Source of the DNA: the human T2T-CHM13v2.0 reference genome, Homo sapiens
NCBI RefSeq assembly: GCF_009914755.1
Contig: NC_060931.1
Direction: 5' to 3' (one strand)
DNA: 64,000 nt
Part shown: positions 14,692 to 27,980 of the stretch, piece by piece
How positions within the stretch are numbered: the stretch's first letter is position 1
How the letters are laid out: every line of letters starts with the position of its first letter
The notes under the pieces: model-generated
Told to the model about the DNA's origin: nothing
The model's database searches: none
Seen by the model: only the letters and a program-made list of their open reading frames with translations
Translations under genes and position numbers: made by a program

Positions 14692-15246
14692 TGTTACCAG
14701 AAAGGGGTCCTGATTCAGACCCCAAGAGAGGGTTCTTGGATCTCATGCAAGAAAGAATTTAAGGCGAGTCCATAGAGTAAAGTGAAAGCAAGTTTATTAA
14801 GAGAGTGGAGGAATAAAATAATGGCTACTCCCTATGCAGAACAGCCCTGAGGGCTGCTGGTTGCCCATTTTTATGGTTATTTCTTGATGATACGCTAAAC
14901 AAGGGGGTGGATCATTCATGCCTCCCCTTTTTAGGCCATATAGAGTAACTTCTTGATGTTGCCATGGCATTTGTAAACTGTCATGGCGCTGGTGGGAGTG
15001 TAGCAGTGAGGATGACCAGAGGTCACTCCCGTCGCCATTTTGGTTTTGGTGGGTTTTGGCCGGCTTCTTTACTGCAACCTATTTTTATCAGCAAGGTCTT
15101 TATGACCTGTATCTTGTGCCAACCTCTTATCTCATCCTGTGACTTAGAATGCTTAACCATCTGAGAATGCAGCCCAGTAGGTCTCAGCCTTATTTTACCA
15201 AGCCCTTATTCAAGATGGAGCCGCTCTAGTTCAGATGCCTCTGACA
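14692..15246 (-). mobile_element. MER41A-type solo LTR (no GAS segment)
   Basis: tgttaccagaaagggg...ctctgaca; perfect GTAG TSD. Confidence 0.92.
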
Positions 15247-16593
15247 GTAGGGGAAAGGAGAGACATAAAACTTCACATTCCTGAAGACTTTCTCATGCTT
15301 TTGATTGAAACTCAAGCCATTGAAGAATATTTCAGCCAGAGTATGCAGCAACCCATTTTTCTAGGTCCAGTAGTTGACACCGTAGACTTGTCAAGGAAAG
15401 CCAAATGCACACATCACTGTGAACATTGGAAATACTATCTCCAGGATGTTAGAAAACACTTTTAAAAATGACTTGAAGGAAAAGTCGGAAGGAGAACATA
15501 GGAAAGGGCCTTTCATTTCTCTTAAGCAGGAGTGTTAAAGCAATTATTGACCTACTGTACTTTGTTCTCATTAAGAAACCAAGTACCTTTTTAATGACTT
15601 CTATGGGAAGTATTCTAAATACAGAAGTGATAATAGAAGGATTTCTTGGAAGCAGAGGATAGCACTCTTTCATCCAAAAGAACTTAGAGGAGCATTTGAA
15701 GAGGGATTGCTGAAGGCTGTGGTTTTCTTTCCTGTGCACATTAATTCAATGTCCTTTTTACTCAGTAGGGTGTAAACATACATCATTTAAATTAACATAA
15801 AAAGTCAGAAATGAGACCTCCATTAACATATCCGCAGGGGAGGAATGAGGCAGTCCCACGTGACTTCTTGCTGCTGTTGCCTCCCAGGAGTGGGGCTGCC
15901 AGGCGGGTCCTCCTGCTGACCCCCTCCTCCTCTGCCTTTTCCTGTCCGGTTCTGCAGTGTCACTCCCAGCAGGTCGGCTCATCTTGGCGCTCTCGGCCAC
16001 AGATGTCTCGACAGGTCCGAGTTACTTATGTAATTGCTATCAACTTGCTGTGCAACCCTCTGGGGCAGGACATGATGCCTATCTTTAACCTCTGGATCAA
16101 TTGAAAACTGGCTTAATTGGCTCAGTGTCCAGCAGTGCCATTATTTGACTCCCCTGTCTGGCCTCTTACTCTTCAAGGATGCAGAGGTCTGGGAAGGCAG
16201 AGCAGACCTGCCCCTACTCTGCGATGGTGGGAGTGGGAGCTGCTCTGGGCTAGATTCAGAGGATTCTCCAGCTACTCAGCCACCCAGAGTCCTCCCTGGA
16301 GCCCTTGCCTGGTGGGGCACTGTGGGGTGCAGTGCATGCTTCTCCCCTGTAGTGGAGAGCCTGAAATTCTGGCCCTTTCATCCTCTTTTCAAGATTATTC
16401 ATTCCTCACCCTCAGCCATTCGTTCCCTCCACTCAGAGCCTGACACTTATTAAAATACTAAGGAAGACTTTATTCAAGACTATTGCAATAGACGTTGACT
16501 CTGTTGCAATAGAGGAGAGAGATTGGGGTCAACTCTGAATACAACAAGACAAGTGGGATTTATAGCTAAGTAGCAGAGTGACAGGGTTGTAGC

Positions 16594-17064
16594 TGTGAAC
16601 CCCCCAAATTTGGGACAGGTCTCAGTTAATTTAGAAAGTTTATTTTGCCAGGGTTGAGGACTCACACCCCTAACACAGCCTCAGGAAGTGCTGACGGCAT
16701 GTGCCCAAGGTGGTCGGGGCACAGCTTGGTTTTATACATTCTAGGGAGACGTGAGACATCAATCAATATATGTTAAAAGTACATTGGTTTGGTCTGCAAA
16801 GGTGGGACAACTTGAAACAAAGGCGGGAAGACTTGAAGTGGGAGGGAGTGTCCAGGTCCCAGATAGGTGAGAGACAAATGGTTGCTTTCTTTTGAGTTTC
16901 TGTTGAGCCTTTCCAAAGGAGGCAATCAGATATGCATCTATCTCAGTGAGCAGAGAGATAACTTTGAATAGAATGGGAGGCAGGTTTGCCGCAAGCAGTT
17001 TCCACCTTGAGTTTTCCCTTTAGCTTAGTGATTTTGGGTACCCAAGATATATTTTCCTTTCACA
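16594..17064 (-). mobile_element. MER4A/A1-like solo LTR
   Basis: tgtgaacccc...gatatattttcctttcaca; tagc/tggc flanks. Confidence 0.88.
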
Positions 17065-17585
17065 TGGCTGTAATATGTCTGTTGCTGGATCCCTATGGCA
17101 AGTGGATGCACTGAGACAGCAGATTGCAGCAGACAAAAAGGTTTAATTGTTGGGCCACTGAACAAGTAGATGGGAGGAAACCTCAAATCCATCGCCTCAA
17201 GGAATTGGTGGTTAGGGGTTTTGAGGGTTCTGGAATGGGCTGAAGTGTGGAGATTGTTGATTGGTGGAAGAGTGCAGGGTGAAGTCACAGGACAGGGAGG
17301 GGAAGCATCTCTATATTCTCAGGCTGATCCCATTCCTCTGTGAGGGTCTTAAAACTGGTTGCTAGAATTTGGGGTCTAAAAAACATCTTAAGTGATCCTT
17401 AAACAAAAGCCGTAGGATTCTAACATCAGAGACCTTATATATAGAAACAATGGGGTTGCAAATCAATTCTTAAACAGTCTGAGGGCCCTAATATCAGAGA
17501 TCCTATCTGCACATGGGCAGTGTCTAGTGCTACAGGACTTTCAGCAACAAGGAAGTGGGCCAGAGTGCAGCCTGATTAATGCTTA

Positions 17586-18218
17586 TGTTACCAGAAAGGG
17601 GTCCCAATCCAGACCTCAAGAGAGGGTTCTTGGATCTCACGCAAGAAACAGTCCAAGGTGAGTCCATAGGGTGAAGTGAAAGCAAGTGTATTAAGAAAGT
17701 AAAGGAATGAAAAAAAGGCTACTCCATAGGCAGAGCAGTGGCATGGGCTGCTAGACTGAATATAGTTATAGTTATTTCTTGATGATATGCTAAACCAGGG
17801 GTGAATTACTCATGAGTTTTCTGGGAAAGGGGTAGGCAATTCCCAGAACTGAGGGTTCCTCCCCTTTTTAGACCACATAGGGTAACTTCCGGGCATTGCC
17901 ATGGCATTTGTAAACTGTCATGGAGCTGGTAGGAGTGTCTCTTAGCATGCTAATGCATTATAGTTAGCATATAATGAGCAGTGAGGACAACCAGACGTCA
18001 CTTTCATTGCCATCTTGGTTTTGGTGGGATTTGGCAGGCTTCTTTACTGCAACCCGTTTTATCAGCAAGGTCTTTGTGACCTGTATCTTGTGCCCATCCC
18101 TTATCTCATCCTGTGACTAGGAGGCCTGACCTCCTGGGAATGCAGCCAGTAGGTCTCAGCCTTATTTCACCCAGCCCCTATTCAAGATGGAGTTGCTCTG
18201 ATTCGAATGCCTCTGACA
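17586..18218 (-). mobile_element. MER41B-type solo LTR with tandem GAS motifs
   Basis: perfect CTTA TSD; TTCTGGGAA 17819-17827 and TTCCCAGAA 17840-17848. Confidence 0.9.
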
Positions 18219-19009
18219 CTTAATTATAACTATATTTCTGTTCCGAACCCAACCTCCAAGTCTTTTCAACCCTATTGGGATGGTTTCAGTGTCAGTGGGT
18301 GGAAGACTACTAATAAGAGACATTAAGCGTGGGGGATTCTTGTTAAATGGACCTAACAGGATTCTTGCTAAAGGCAGGCCAAGGGCTCAGACAGCAAGGG
18401 TATGGGGTGTTGAACTTGATCAGGTATCAAATTAGGGGATTTTCTCAAACCTGATTTTGCAGGATTCTTACTAAAACTGGACTTGGCATGGACAGACACA
18501 GAAGGCCAAGTTCAAGGCCTAGTAGATAAGTGGGATCAGAGGAGCCTAACCAAGGATTGGTCAAGGAGAGCATCTTTGCCAAGAACACGCTCCTGGTCCC
18601 CTTCCCCTTTGCAGCTTTGATGAACCCAACCTCTCAACAAGAGTGGGGTTGGGGAAAGGCTCTCTTTTGGGACTCCCCTGAAACAGAAAGAAGCTGTCAT
18701 ACTGTCCCCCCATCTTCCCTCCCTCAGCACAACCTTTAGACCACAGATATTTGCTGGGAAAGTGATCTTTTCATTCTTTCCTGTTTCCTTTGACAAACAG
18801 AAAGGGCACGGGTTTGAATGCCAGTTGATAATCCTTCCATGTTGCTAGTCTCAGGCTCCCCACTTGGTCCGTGGACAGGATCAAGACTCCAAAAACCTTG
18901 GTGCTCTGGGGCTGAGGAGAGACAGACATGAGAAGAGACTGCTTTCTCTTTTGTCTGTTTCCCTTGTCTAGTCTTGTTCTCCCCAGCATCCTCAATACAC
19001 ATTAGTTCC

Positions 19010-19583
19010 AGAGTTACAATTGCAGCTGAGTTCAAACTTGCACTGCTCAGTGCAGGACAGCCAATAAGTAAAGAGACAAGGTGTTGGGGCAAGGAAGACA
19101 AATTTATTTTGGAGATCCAGCAAACTGAGAAGATGGTGGACTAGCATTCTAAAGAACCATCTTAATACGAACTTAAGTTAATATGAGCCTTAAGTTAATA
19201 GGGCTCCTTTTATGCTAGGGGAAAGGGGAAGAGAAAAGGGGTTGAGATCAAGAGGTGACCAATGGCCACAGACATCTAGGTGGCAGCAAGGGTACAAGGA
19301 TGTTGTGAAAATTCTTTTTCCTTGGTCAGATCACAATGCTCCTATAAATGTTTCACATAACATGCTTACTTGTGGGTATACCCTCCTTATCTCCTCAGGG
19401 GCTAATTTTGGGAAGGGACTACTGTCCTTACTTTAAAGTTAAATATAAACTAAATTCCTTCCCTAGTTAGCTCAGCCTACGTGCAGAGATAAGCAAAAGT
19501 AGTTAACCTAAAAGATATCACCCTTTGGGGGGTGTCAGAGGCAAAATAGAGTCAGTCATGCTAAGCTCCCCTCCACTGTTACA
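19010..19583 (-). mobile_element. MER34-like ERV1 LTR
   Basis: agacaaggtgttggggcaagg...aaaatagagtcagtcatgctaag...ctgttaca. Confidence 0.6.
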
Positions 19584-19779
19584 CAACATAATTTAAAGAA
19601 GAAAAGCTTTATGATAACTTTATTCAACCTACTTAAGCATCACTCTCTTGAGCAAGACGTTGCCAAATGTAATTTTCTACATGCGTGTTTCTATAGACTT
19701 TGATCTCTCCAGGATAACTGCATGGGAAGCCACAGAAGAATATGGCGGAAGCTTCCCTCCCAGCCCGATCTCCTCCTAC

Positions 19780-21228
19780 TGTGTCCAAACCTTTGGCCCC
19801 TCTGAAAGTTGATTGAAAAATCAACTCACAAGAGGCAGATTCATGGAAAAGGCATACAGATTTATTTAACATGTATACATGGGAGCCTTCAGAGTGGAGA
19901 GCCAATCCACCAACGAGGTTCCGAAGCTTATATACTGTCTTGAGGTTATAGAAAGGATGCATGGCCAAAAACAGGTTATGGTGGTAAGTCAGCTTTTATT
20001 GGAAGGACAGTTTATGGTGGCGGGAGAAAGAAAGAGGCTTGGCTAGCAAAGGTGGCCTTGTTATGTAGATGAAGTCTCACATGGTAGCAGCCCTCAGAGA
20101 GAATGGATGTTAAATATCTCTTTTCAGACTTTTAAAGGTGTCAGACTCTCAATCTCTCCTGGATCTAGGAAAGGTCTAGAAAGGGAAGGCCTGGCTGCAT
20201 GAATGGAGATTCTTTACAGATGCAAATTTCCGCCACAAAAGATAGCTTTGCAAGGCCACTTCTGTCAGCTGACCCTGCAGTGGCCGTTTCAAAATACATC
20301 AAAGTCACATACTTTGGGGAAATATTTTGATTTTGCAAATCAAAAATAAAAGTCCTCCTGCTGACTAAATGGACCACCCTCTTGGCCAAGGGTATCCCAA
20401 GGAAACCTGAAAAACTAGTTCAGACCATGACTGGAAGTTGAGGGGTCAGATATGCCTCATTGTACCCTCTCCCTTGGAGTGTAGATACAAATGACCAGCA
20501 TTGGTGTTAAAATAGAGATCATAAGACTGACAAAACAGACTCTTTGTAGCAATAAGGTACCAACTTCCAACTTCACTCTGGTATAGTATCACATGACAGA
20601 GAGCAGACCTGGAAAGAAATCAAAGTGTTTTACCCAAAAATGTATTTCTCTGACATATTTTGAAATGTCTCTGCAAAGCTGTTTCTTGTGGGGGAAATTT
20701 GCATTCTGTAGAGAATTCCCTTCCCTTCCTAGGTCTTTCCTGGAGAGTCTGACACTTTTTGTGGTCCAAAGAGAGATATTTACCATCTATTCTCTCTGAT
20801 GCCTGCTACCTGGAGGCTTCATCTACATAACAAGAGCTTTGGCTTCCACAGTCCTCATCTTGACTCAAGCATTTCTTTATGCTGACTTGAAACTCCGCAG
20901 ACAAAATTTAGCTCTTTTAACAGATTGCCAATCAAGAAATCTACGAATCCATCTACAACCTGGAAACACCCGTTTTGAGATGTCCCACCTTTCTGGGATG
21001 AATCAATGTATACCTTCCATACAGTGATTTATGTTTTTGCCTGTAACTTATCTCTCCCTAAAATGCATAAAACCATGTGCCCAAGGTGGCTGTAACCCCT
21101 CCACCTTGGGCACATGTGCTCAAGACCTCCTGAGGCTGTCACGGGCCATGGCCCTTAACCTGGGCAAAACAAACCTCTAAACTGATTAAGACATGTCTTG
21201 GGTAATTTTTGATTTACGATTTTCTTCA
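19780..21228 (-). mobile_element. MER4-group LTR interrupted by MER4B
   Basis: gaaaaatcaactcacaagaggcag...aaaatacatcaaag...attt[insert]tcttca. Confidence 0.65.
20334..21218 (+). mobile_element. MER4B-like solo LTR
   Basis: tgcaaatcaaaaataaaa...ccctcttggccaaggg...; ATTT TSD. Confidence 0.8.
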
Positions 21229-22189
21229 TGGCCTCTGACATTGGTGGGAATGAAGTTCCTAAATAGCTTCTTTTATCTCAAGGTTGCTTAGTAGAAGCAC
21301 TGACCCCTGCTTTGTCTTTTCCCTAAGTCTAGTTCCTCTTTCAAGTTATGCCTGGGAACATTTCTTGGAGACACAGCAGTCGTAGCTCTGGGATATCTAC
21401 AAAGGAGGAACCTAGGGACAGCTCTCTGGTTGGAAGGAAGTGAGGCCAGGCCACATGTCTCTGTTTCATTTTCATGCAATGTATACCATGTTATAGATCA
21501 ATAGATTCAGCTGTGTTTTCCAAATATGGTTTTATGCCCATCAGGCTCACAGGAGATGGAGTAAATATCAGTTGTCTGTACTACCGAAACATGACTATTT
21601 AAAAACAATTGGGCTACTTCAGGGGAGTGGGGCAAAGTCATGCCTGGGAGATTGTGGTCTTCAAGGGACAATTGCAAAAGCAAGGAGTCTTATTTTTCAA
21701 AGTTAGGAACATCTCACTTTCTGCGACATGTGTTCTTACCAAAAAAAAAAAATGACATTTGGAGTAATTTCTGCATGTGAATCCTGCTTATCTGACCCCT
21801 TCCTCATGGCAGGACTTTGGCTGCTGAGCTACCAGCTTCGTCCCAGAAGGAAGGTTTGGGACTCTGAGGGCCTGAGACTTATGCATGGAGTTCTGCTCTA
21901 GACAACAGGGAACATGGAAAGGCAAAAAAAAACAAACAAAAAAACCCTCAAAATCTGCAGGGAAACCTGAATTTCAAATCCAGGAAAACTGTCCATGGAT
22001 GACAGCTGTGGTGGGGATCAAGGGGTCTCAGAGCCAAGGTGTATTGGCTAGTGTCTCCATAGACTGCCAAAATTACACGGGCATCCTGGGTGAGAACCTC
22101 TACACCAGCCAGGCCTTGCACCTGGATTTTATGAATGCATGTGGGAAAGACTATGGTATGGTCTAGGGCATTCTTTTCTCGTTATTTTA

Positions 22190-22487
22190 ATTTCTTAAAT
22201 TTTAGAGACAGGGTCTTGCTCTGTCACCCAGGCTGGAGTGCAAAGGCGTGACTGTACCTCACTGCAGCCTCAAACTCCTGGGCTCAAGTCATCCTCCTGC
22301 CGCAGTCTATAGTGTAGTTGGGACTGCAGATGCTCACCACCACACCTGGCTAGTTTTTAAAATTTTCTTGTAGAGATAGAGTCTCACTTTATTGCCCAGG
22401 CTGGTCTCCAGCTCCTTGCCTGAAGCAATCCTCCTGTATCATCCTCCCAAAGTGCTGGGATTACAGGTAGGAGCCATCACACCCAGT
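22190..22487 (-). mobile_element. AluJ
   Basis: antisense dimer. Confidence 0.92.
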
Positions 22488-22519
22488 CTTTTCTAGGGCA
22501 TTCTTCATATGATAGATGA

Positions 22520-22875
<356 letters not shown>

Positions 22876-22994
22876 CTAGGCTCCTCCCATCTTGACCTGG
22901 GTGTTTGCGATGGTGTCTGGTGCTACACGGTGCATTTTAGGTTCTCCATCTGGGACTGCTTTTGTTCTTTCATTCCTTCTTCTTGTAGAGTATA

Positions 22995-23525
22995 ATGCAT
23001 TCATTCATTCATCTATTTGCTCAATAAAAAATTTGTTAAACTCTTATTATTTGTTGAGTTCAGGGTCATGATCATAAATCCCAACAGAAGCTCTTGCCTC
23101 TGGAAGGAGCTCAGAGATTGGTGGGGGACAGAAACGTTTATCACATCCTTAAACTGATGAGCTCACAATGACAAAGTGACATGCGTGCTCTGATGGTAGA
23201 GAGCACGGTGTTGGGAGAAGGTGGTTGGAGTGGAGATATGGTGTATATAGGAGTCCGGTAAGTGAAGGCACAGCAGAGGAGGGAAGGTGTTCTGGCTTCA
23301 GGAAAGGGTGGGGTATGTGAAGGTTCTAAGGTGGAAGGCCAATGACTGCAAGGAAGTCATTGTTGCTGAAGAGAAGGGATAGGTAATGGTGTAAAAGAAA
23401 GTTCTGGAGTCCCAAAGATCTGAGTTCAAATGATGGCTCTGCTGTGTCACCGTGTGCAAGTTATTTAAACTTTATAACCCTCAAATTCCTCATTTGTGAA
23501 TTAACAGTATTCCTGTGGCCTAGGA
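22995..23525. mobile_element. L2 3-prime end followed by MIR fragment
   Basis: cattcattcattcatc...ggagctcagag; gatctgagttcaaat...caagttatttaaac. Confidence 0.6.
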
Positions 23526-23527
23526 CT

Positions 23528-23938
23528 GGTCACGGAAAAACCTTCGACACATTAAATTACACAGAGTTTAACTGAGCAAAGAACGATTTACAAACCGGGC
23601 AACCCCTGAACCAGAATAGGTTCAGAGAGACTCTGTCGCAGCTGCATTGTGGAAGTAGATTTGTGGACAGAAAAAGGAAAATAACACACAGAAAATGGAA
23701 GTGAGGTATAGAAACAGCGTGATTGGGTACAAACGAAGATTGCTTAGCGCTTGCCTTATTTGAACATGGTTGGAACACTTGACCACTGTTGATTGGCCAA
23801 AACTCGGTGACTGGCAGAAGAGTAGGTGACCATCTGTTTATACATCCAGTTCTGTTACAGCTCACTATGGACAGAGAAACCTTCAGGGTGAATTTAAAAT
23901 ATGTAAGGAGGTAGCTTTAGGCTAAACTTAATTGAATA
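23528..23938 (-). mobile_element. MER57-like solo LTR
   Basis: ends aaaatatgtaaggaggtagctttaggctaaacttaattg. Confidence 0.8.
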
Positions 23939-24086
23939 GGATTTAGTAATTCCCTCATTCTTTGAAGACTGACATCAGGGACCAGAGGAAAATATGACTT
24001 TTTCACACAATTAGAGATATTGTTCACTGGATTAAAATGTTGGTCTCAAGATATATAGTACCCTTACATTTAAGATTGTAGTCCAG

Positions 24087-24400
24087 GCCAGGTGCAGTGG
24101 CTCACGCCTATAATCCCAACACTTTGGGAGGCTGAGGCGGACGGATAACCTGAGGTCAGGAGTTCAAGACCAGCCTAGCCAACATGGTGAAACCCTGTCT
24201 CTACTAAAAATAAAAAACGTAGCCGTGCATGGTGGCAGATGTCCATAATCCCAGCTACTCAGGTGGCTGAGGCATGAGAATCACTTGAACCTGGGAGGCA
24301 GAGGCTGCAGTGAGCCAAGATCACACCACTGCACTGCAGCCTAGAAGACAGAGCGAGACTCCCTCTCAAAAAACAACAACAACAATAAAAGCAAACATAA
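24087..24400 (+). mobile_element. Alu (AluS)
   Basis: dimer; taag(a/g)ttgtagtcca TSD. Confidence 0.95.
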
Positions 24401-25214
24401 GGTTGTAGTCCAGTTAGAAATTAACAGCAATGATACATTATAAAAGGTAAGGGACACAATGTGTCTTAAATACATATTTAAGTTTTGGAGGATGTTTGGT
24501 TGGTGGGTTGGTTCCTGGTATCTCCTGTGGTACAGAGGAGAAACAGCAGAAGCCAACTTGAACGGAGCACTTGAAATCGACAGGTCCTTGGCTTCGGTCA
24601 TGCCTCTTCCCAGTGCTTCCTGTGTAAAGGATGTTTAGGTCTTTCCATTACTCATACACAGACCCAGATTCAGAAAGGAAAAACTCTTTGTAAACTGCTC
24701 ACTTTTAGAAATGAAAAGATTGATCCAAGTGGAAGGAGGGAGACGATGTGATATAAAAACTGCAACCTAGGCAGGGATTTAAAATGAATCAGAAAACGAA
24801 CAGACCAGAGAACGTGCTTAATTCAAAGACACCCAGGGGACCCTCAAGTTCTAAAAACAAGTGACTAGGAATCAAAGTCAGCTGTTTGATTTTTGTATTT
24901 TAGAGAGTGAGGGTGGGTGTTTTGCATATGAATAATATTTTGAATGCTATTGGATTTTTTTAATACAGTGGGATCATTGCTTTTCCCTATGTCCTTTTTT
25001 AAAAACTCTTTTTCATGCAAATTCATTAAATTTGAGATGCAGTAATATACTGGAATCTTGCCCATCTGATTCCCCAAACCACAGTTAATCCTTGGCACAT
25101 TTTGAAAAGTATACATGTAGTTTTAAAATGGAATTATGTGTGACCCAAATGTGACGGCAGCCCTGTGGACATCCTTTCTTCTTAGCCTGCATTCTTCTAA
25201 AAGTAGAGCTCAGC

Positions 25215-25537
25215 ATTTTTTTTCCTCTTTTTTCTGTTTTTGTTTTTTTTCTTTTCCCCAGTGTCTCACTCTATTGTCCAGGCTGGAGTGCAGCAATGTG
25301 ATCTTGGCTGACTGCAACTTCAGGCTCCAGGCTCAAGTGATTCTCTCATCTCAGCCTCCCAAGTAGCTGGGACTACAGACAGGTGCCACCATATCCAGCT
25401 AATTTTTGTACTTGTCGTAGAGAAAGGGTTTCCCCATGTTGCCCAGGCTGGTCTCCGAACTGCTGGACTCAGGGGATCCGCCTACTTCAGCCTCCCAAAG
25501 TGCTGAGATTACAGGCAGGAGCCACTGAACCTGGCTG
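25215..25537 (-). mobile_element. AluJ
   Basis: antisense dimer; gagctcagcattttt TSD. Confidence 0.92.
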
Positions 25538-26107
25538 AGCTCAGCATTTTTTTTTTCCAAAAAAAAAAAAAACAAAAAAAACAAAAAACCATATTTGGCT
25601 CTACAAAGCATATTTTGTGTAAAATAGATTCTATAGGCAATTAATGCAAGAGATCCTAGGGAAGGCTGTGTCACAAGCCACTGTAAAACTTAACAAAATT
25701 GCAATCACAGACCTAATTCTACCTTCCAAAGTCCTCATGGGCCACTGGTTATCCCCTCCTCCTCCTTGTCCTAGATCCTTCTCTTCTCCTTTTTTTATGC
25801 TAAGCAGGTTATCTCTTAGCTTTTTCAGTCTGAATTCTCAAGCTCAGAATCTCTTTTAGCAAACAAGAGCCTTCCAGCAATCCATCCTTTGCAGTTGAGG
25901 ATTATAAACAACCAAGACCATTTTTTTCCCATCAGAGATATTTGTTTTTCAGTTTGCATGTGTGTATTGGCTGAATCCTAATATTTGCATTTCATGATTG
26001 TGTTCTGAACTGGGAGAAAAATAACCCAAATTTCCCTAAGCAGGTACATTATCCTGTCTGCCCTCAGAAAGCCTAATCTGTGTCTCATTTTTTTTTTTTT
26101 AATGTAG

Positions 26108-26485
26108 GTTGTTATCTTACTCATTTTGGGCTGCTGTAACAAAATAACATATACCGGGTGGCTTATAAACAACAAAAATTTATTTCCCACAGTTCTGGAG
26201 GCTGGGAAGTCCAACATCAAGGTGCTGGCAGATTCAGCATCTGGCAAGGGCCCATTTCCCGGTTAATACATGGCCCCTTCTCCCTGTATCATCACATAGT
26301 GGAAAGAGACAAGAGAGCTCTCTAGGGTCCCTTTTCTAAGGCATGGATCCCACTCATGAGAACTCCATCCTCATGACCTCATCACTTCCCGAAGGCTCCA
26401 CCTCCTAAAACCATTGAGAGAATAACATTGGAGGTTAGGGTTTCAACATGAGAGTTTGGAGGGGACACAAACATTTAGCTCATAA
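26108..26485 (-). mobile_element. MLT1A-like MaLR LTR
   Basis: gggctgctgtaacaaaata...ggcttataaacaac...ggggacacaaacatt. Confidence 0.8.
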
Positions 26486-26564
26486 TGGTTATTGTGGAAG
26501 ATGTTTACTGAACTTCTGAAGCAAATGACAAAGCTAGCTTAATGAGACATTAAAAGTTATTTAG

Positions 26565-26885
26565 GGCTGGGCGCGGTGGCTCATGCCTGTAATCCTGGCA
26601 CTTTGGGAGACCAAGGCAGGCTGATCAAATGGTCAAGAGGTCAAGACCATACTGGCCAACATGGTGAAACCCCGTGTCTACTAAAATAAAAAAATTAGCT
26701 GGGTGTGATGGCGTGCGCCTGTAATCCCAGCTAGTCGGGAGGCAGAGGCAGGAGAATTGCTGGAACCCAGGAGGCAGAGGTTTCAGTGAGCCGAGATCGT
26801 GTCACTGCCCTCCAGCCTGGGGACAGAGTGAGACTTTGTCTCAAAAACTAAACTAAACTAAACTAAACTAAAATAAATAAAAATT
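26565..26885 (+). mobile_element. Alu (AluSc-like)
   Basis: dimer with (aaact)n tail. Confidence 0.93.
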
Positions 26886-26981
26886 AAAAAGTCATTTAGT
26901 CTGGATATCATATTATAACAGTGTTGCACAATGGACCCTCAGTCCAAATAATCCTTCTTAAATGTAGGACCTTGTGACCTT

Positions 26982-27905
26982 TGTTGACCAAAACAAAAAC
27001 GAAAACCAACCCCACAAAGCCCAAACTGTGAAGTCTTGAAAGAGGTTTCTTCTGAGCCAATATGAGTGACCATAACCTGGGGAATGAGAGGTCCCAAGAA
27101 AGTGTGCCCAAGGTTGTCAGGTTACAGGTTGGCTTTATACAATTTATGAGACAAGAATTGTAGGTAAAATCATGAATCAGTACATGGAAAGTATACATTG
27201 GCTCAGCGTAAAGAGGCAGGATATCTTGAAGTGTGAGGGAGTTGGGGCTGGTATGAGGCCATTGGTGAATTCAAAGATTTTCTGATTGTCAGTTGGTTAA
27301 AAGAGTTAAGCTTTGTCTAAAGACTTGAAGTCAGTAGAAAGAAATGCTTGAGTTAAGAAAAGGGGAGCTGTGGAGACCAAAGTTCTTGTTATGTAGATGA
27401 AGCCTCCAGGTGGCAGGCTTCAGAGAGAATAGATGTTAAATATCTCTTTTCGGACCTTAATTTAGTGTCAGACTCTTAGCTAATCCCTTCTAGACCTGGT
27501 AAAGGCCTGGTTGGTTTAATAGAGATTCTCTGCAGATACACATTTTCCTCAGAAAAGACAGCTTTGCAAAGCCATTTCAAAATAAGTCAAAGCAATATAT
27601 TTTGGGGTAAAACATTTGGATTTCCTTCAGGGTCTGGCATGTGACACTATACCAGAGTCAGGTTGCAATTTGGTATCTTACTGCCACAGTGAGTCTGTTT
27701 TCTCAGTCTTATGATCTCTATTTTAATGTTAATGCTGGTCAGTTGTGCCTAAACTCCAAAAGGGGTGGGGCATAATGAGGCTTGTCCATCCTTTCTTCTC
27801 TTCATGGCCAGGAATCCAATGTTTCAGGTTTCTCTGGGGTCCTTTTGGCCCAGAGGGGCTTCATTCAGTCAGTGGGGTGGCCTAGGCTTTTATTTTTGCC
27901 TTACA
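26982..27905 (-). mobile_element. MER4B/C-like solo LTR inserted in a MIR
   Basis: tgttgacc...tttatttttgccttaca; MIR tgtgacctt|ggacaagtc on the flanks. Confidence 0.75.
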
Positions 27906-27980
27906 CTTTGGACAAGTCTCCTAACCTGTCAGGGACTCAATTTTATAATCTGTAAAATGGGGACAAATATCAGTGCTTAT

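Larger units (their letters stand above)
16588..18288 (-). mobile_element. unassigned ERV1-type LTR, middle layer
   Basis: TG...CA ends; gggt/gtgt flanks; antisense ATTAAA near 17143. Confidence 0.6.
16441..18581 (-). mobile_element. MER31/MER67-like LTR, outer layer of a nested stack
   Basis: ends ggagcctaaccaaggattggtcaaggagagcatctttgcca; halves at 16441-16587 and 18289-18581. Confidence 0.65.

Noticed and set aside
11530-15246. MER41 pair as the two LTRs of one provirus
   Set aside because: The second copy has its own perfect TSD, and the intervening DNA is other LTRs, not internal ERV sequence.
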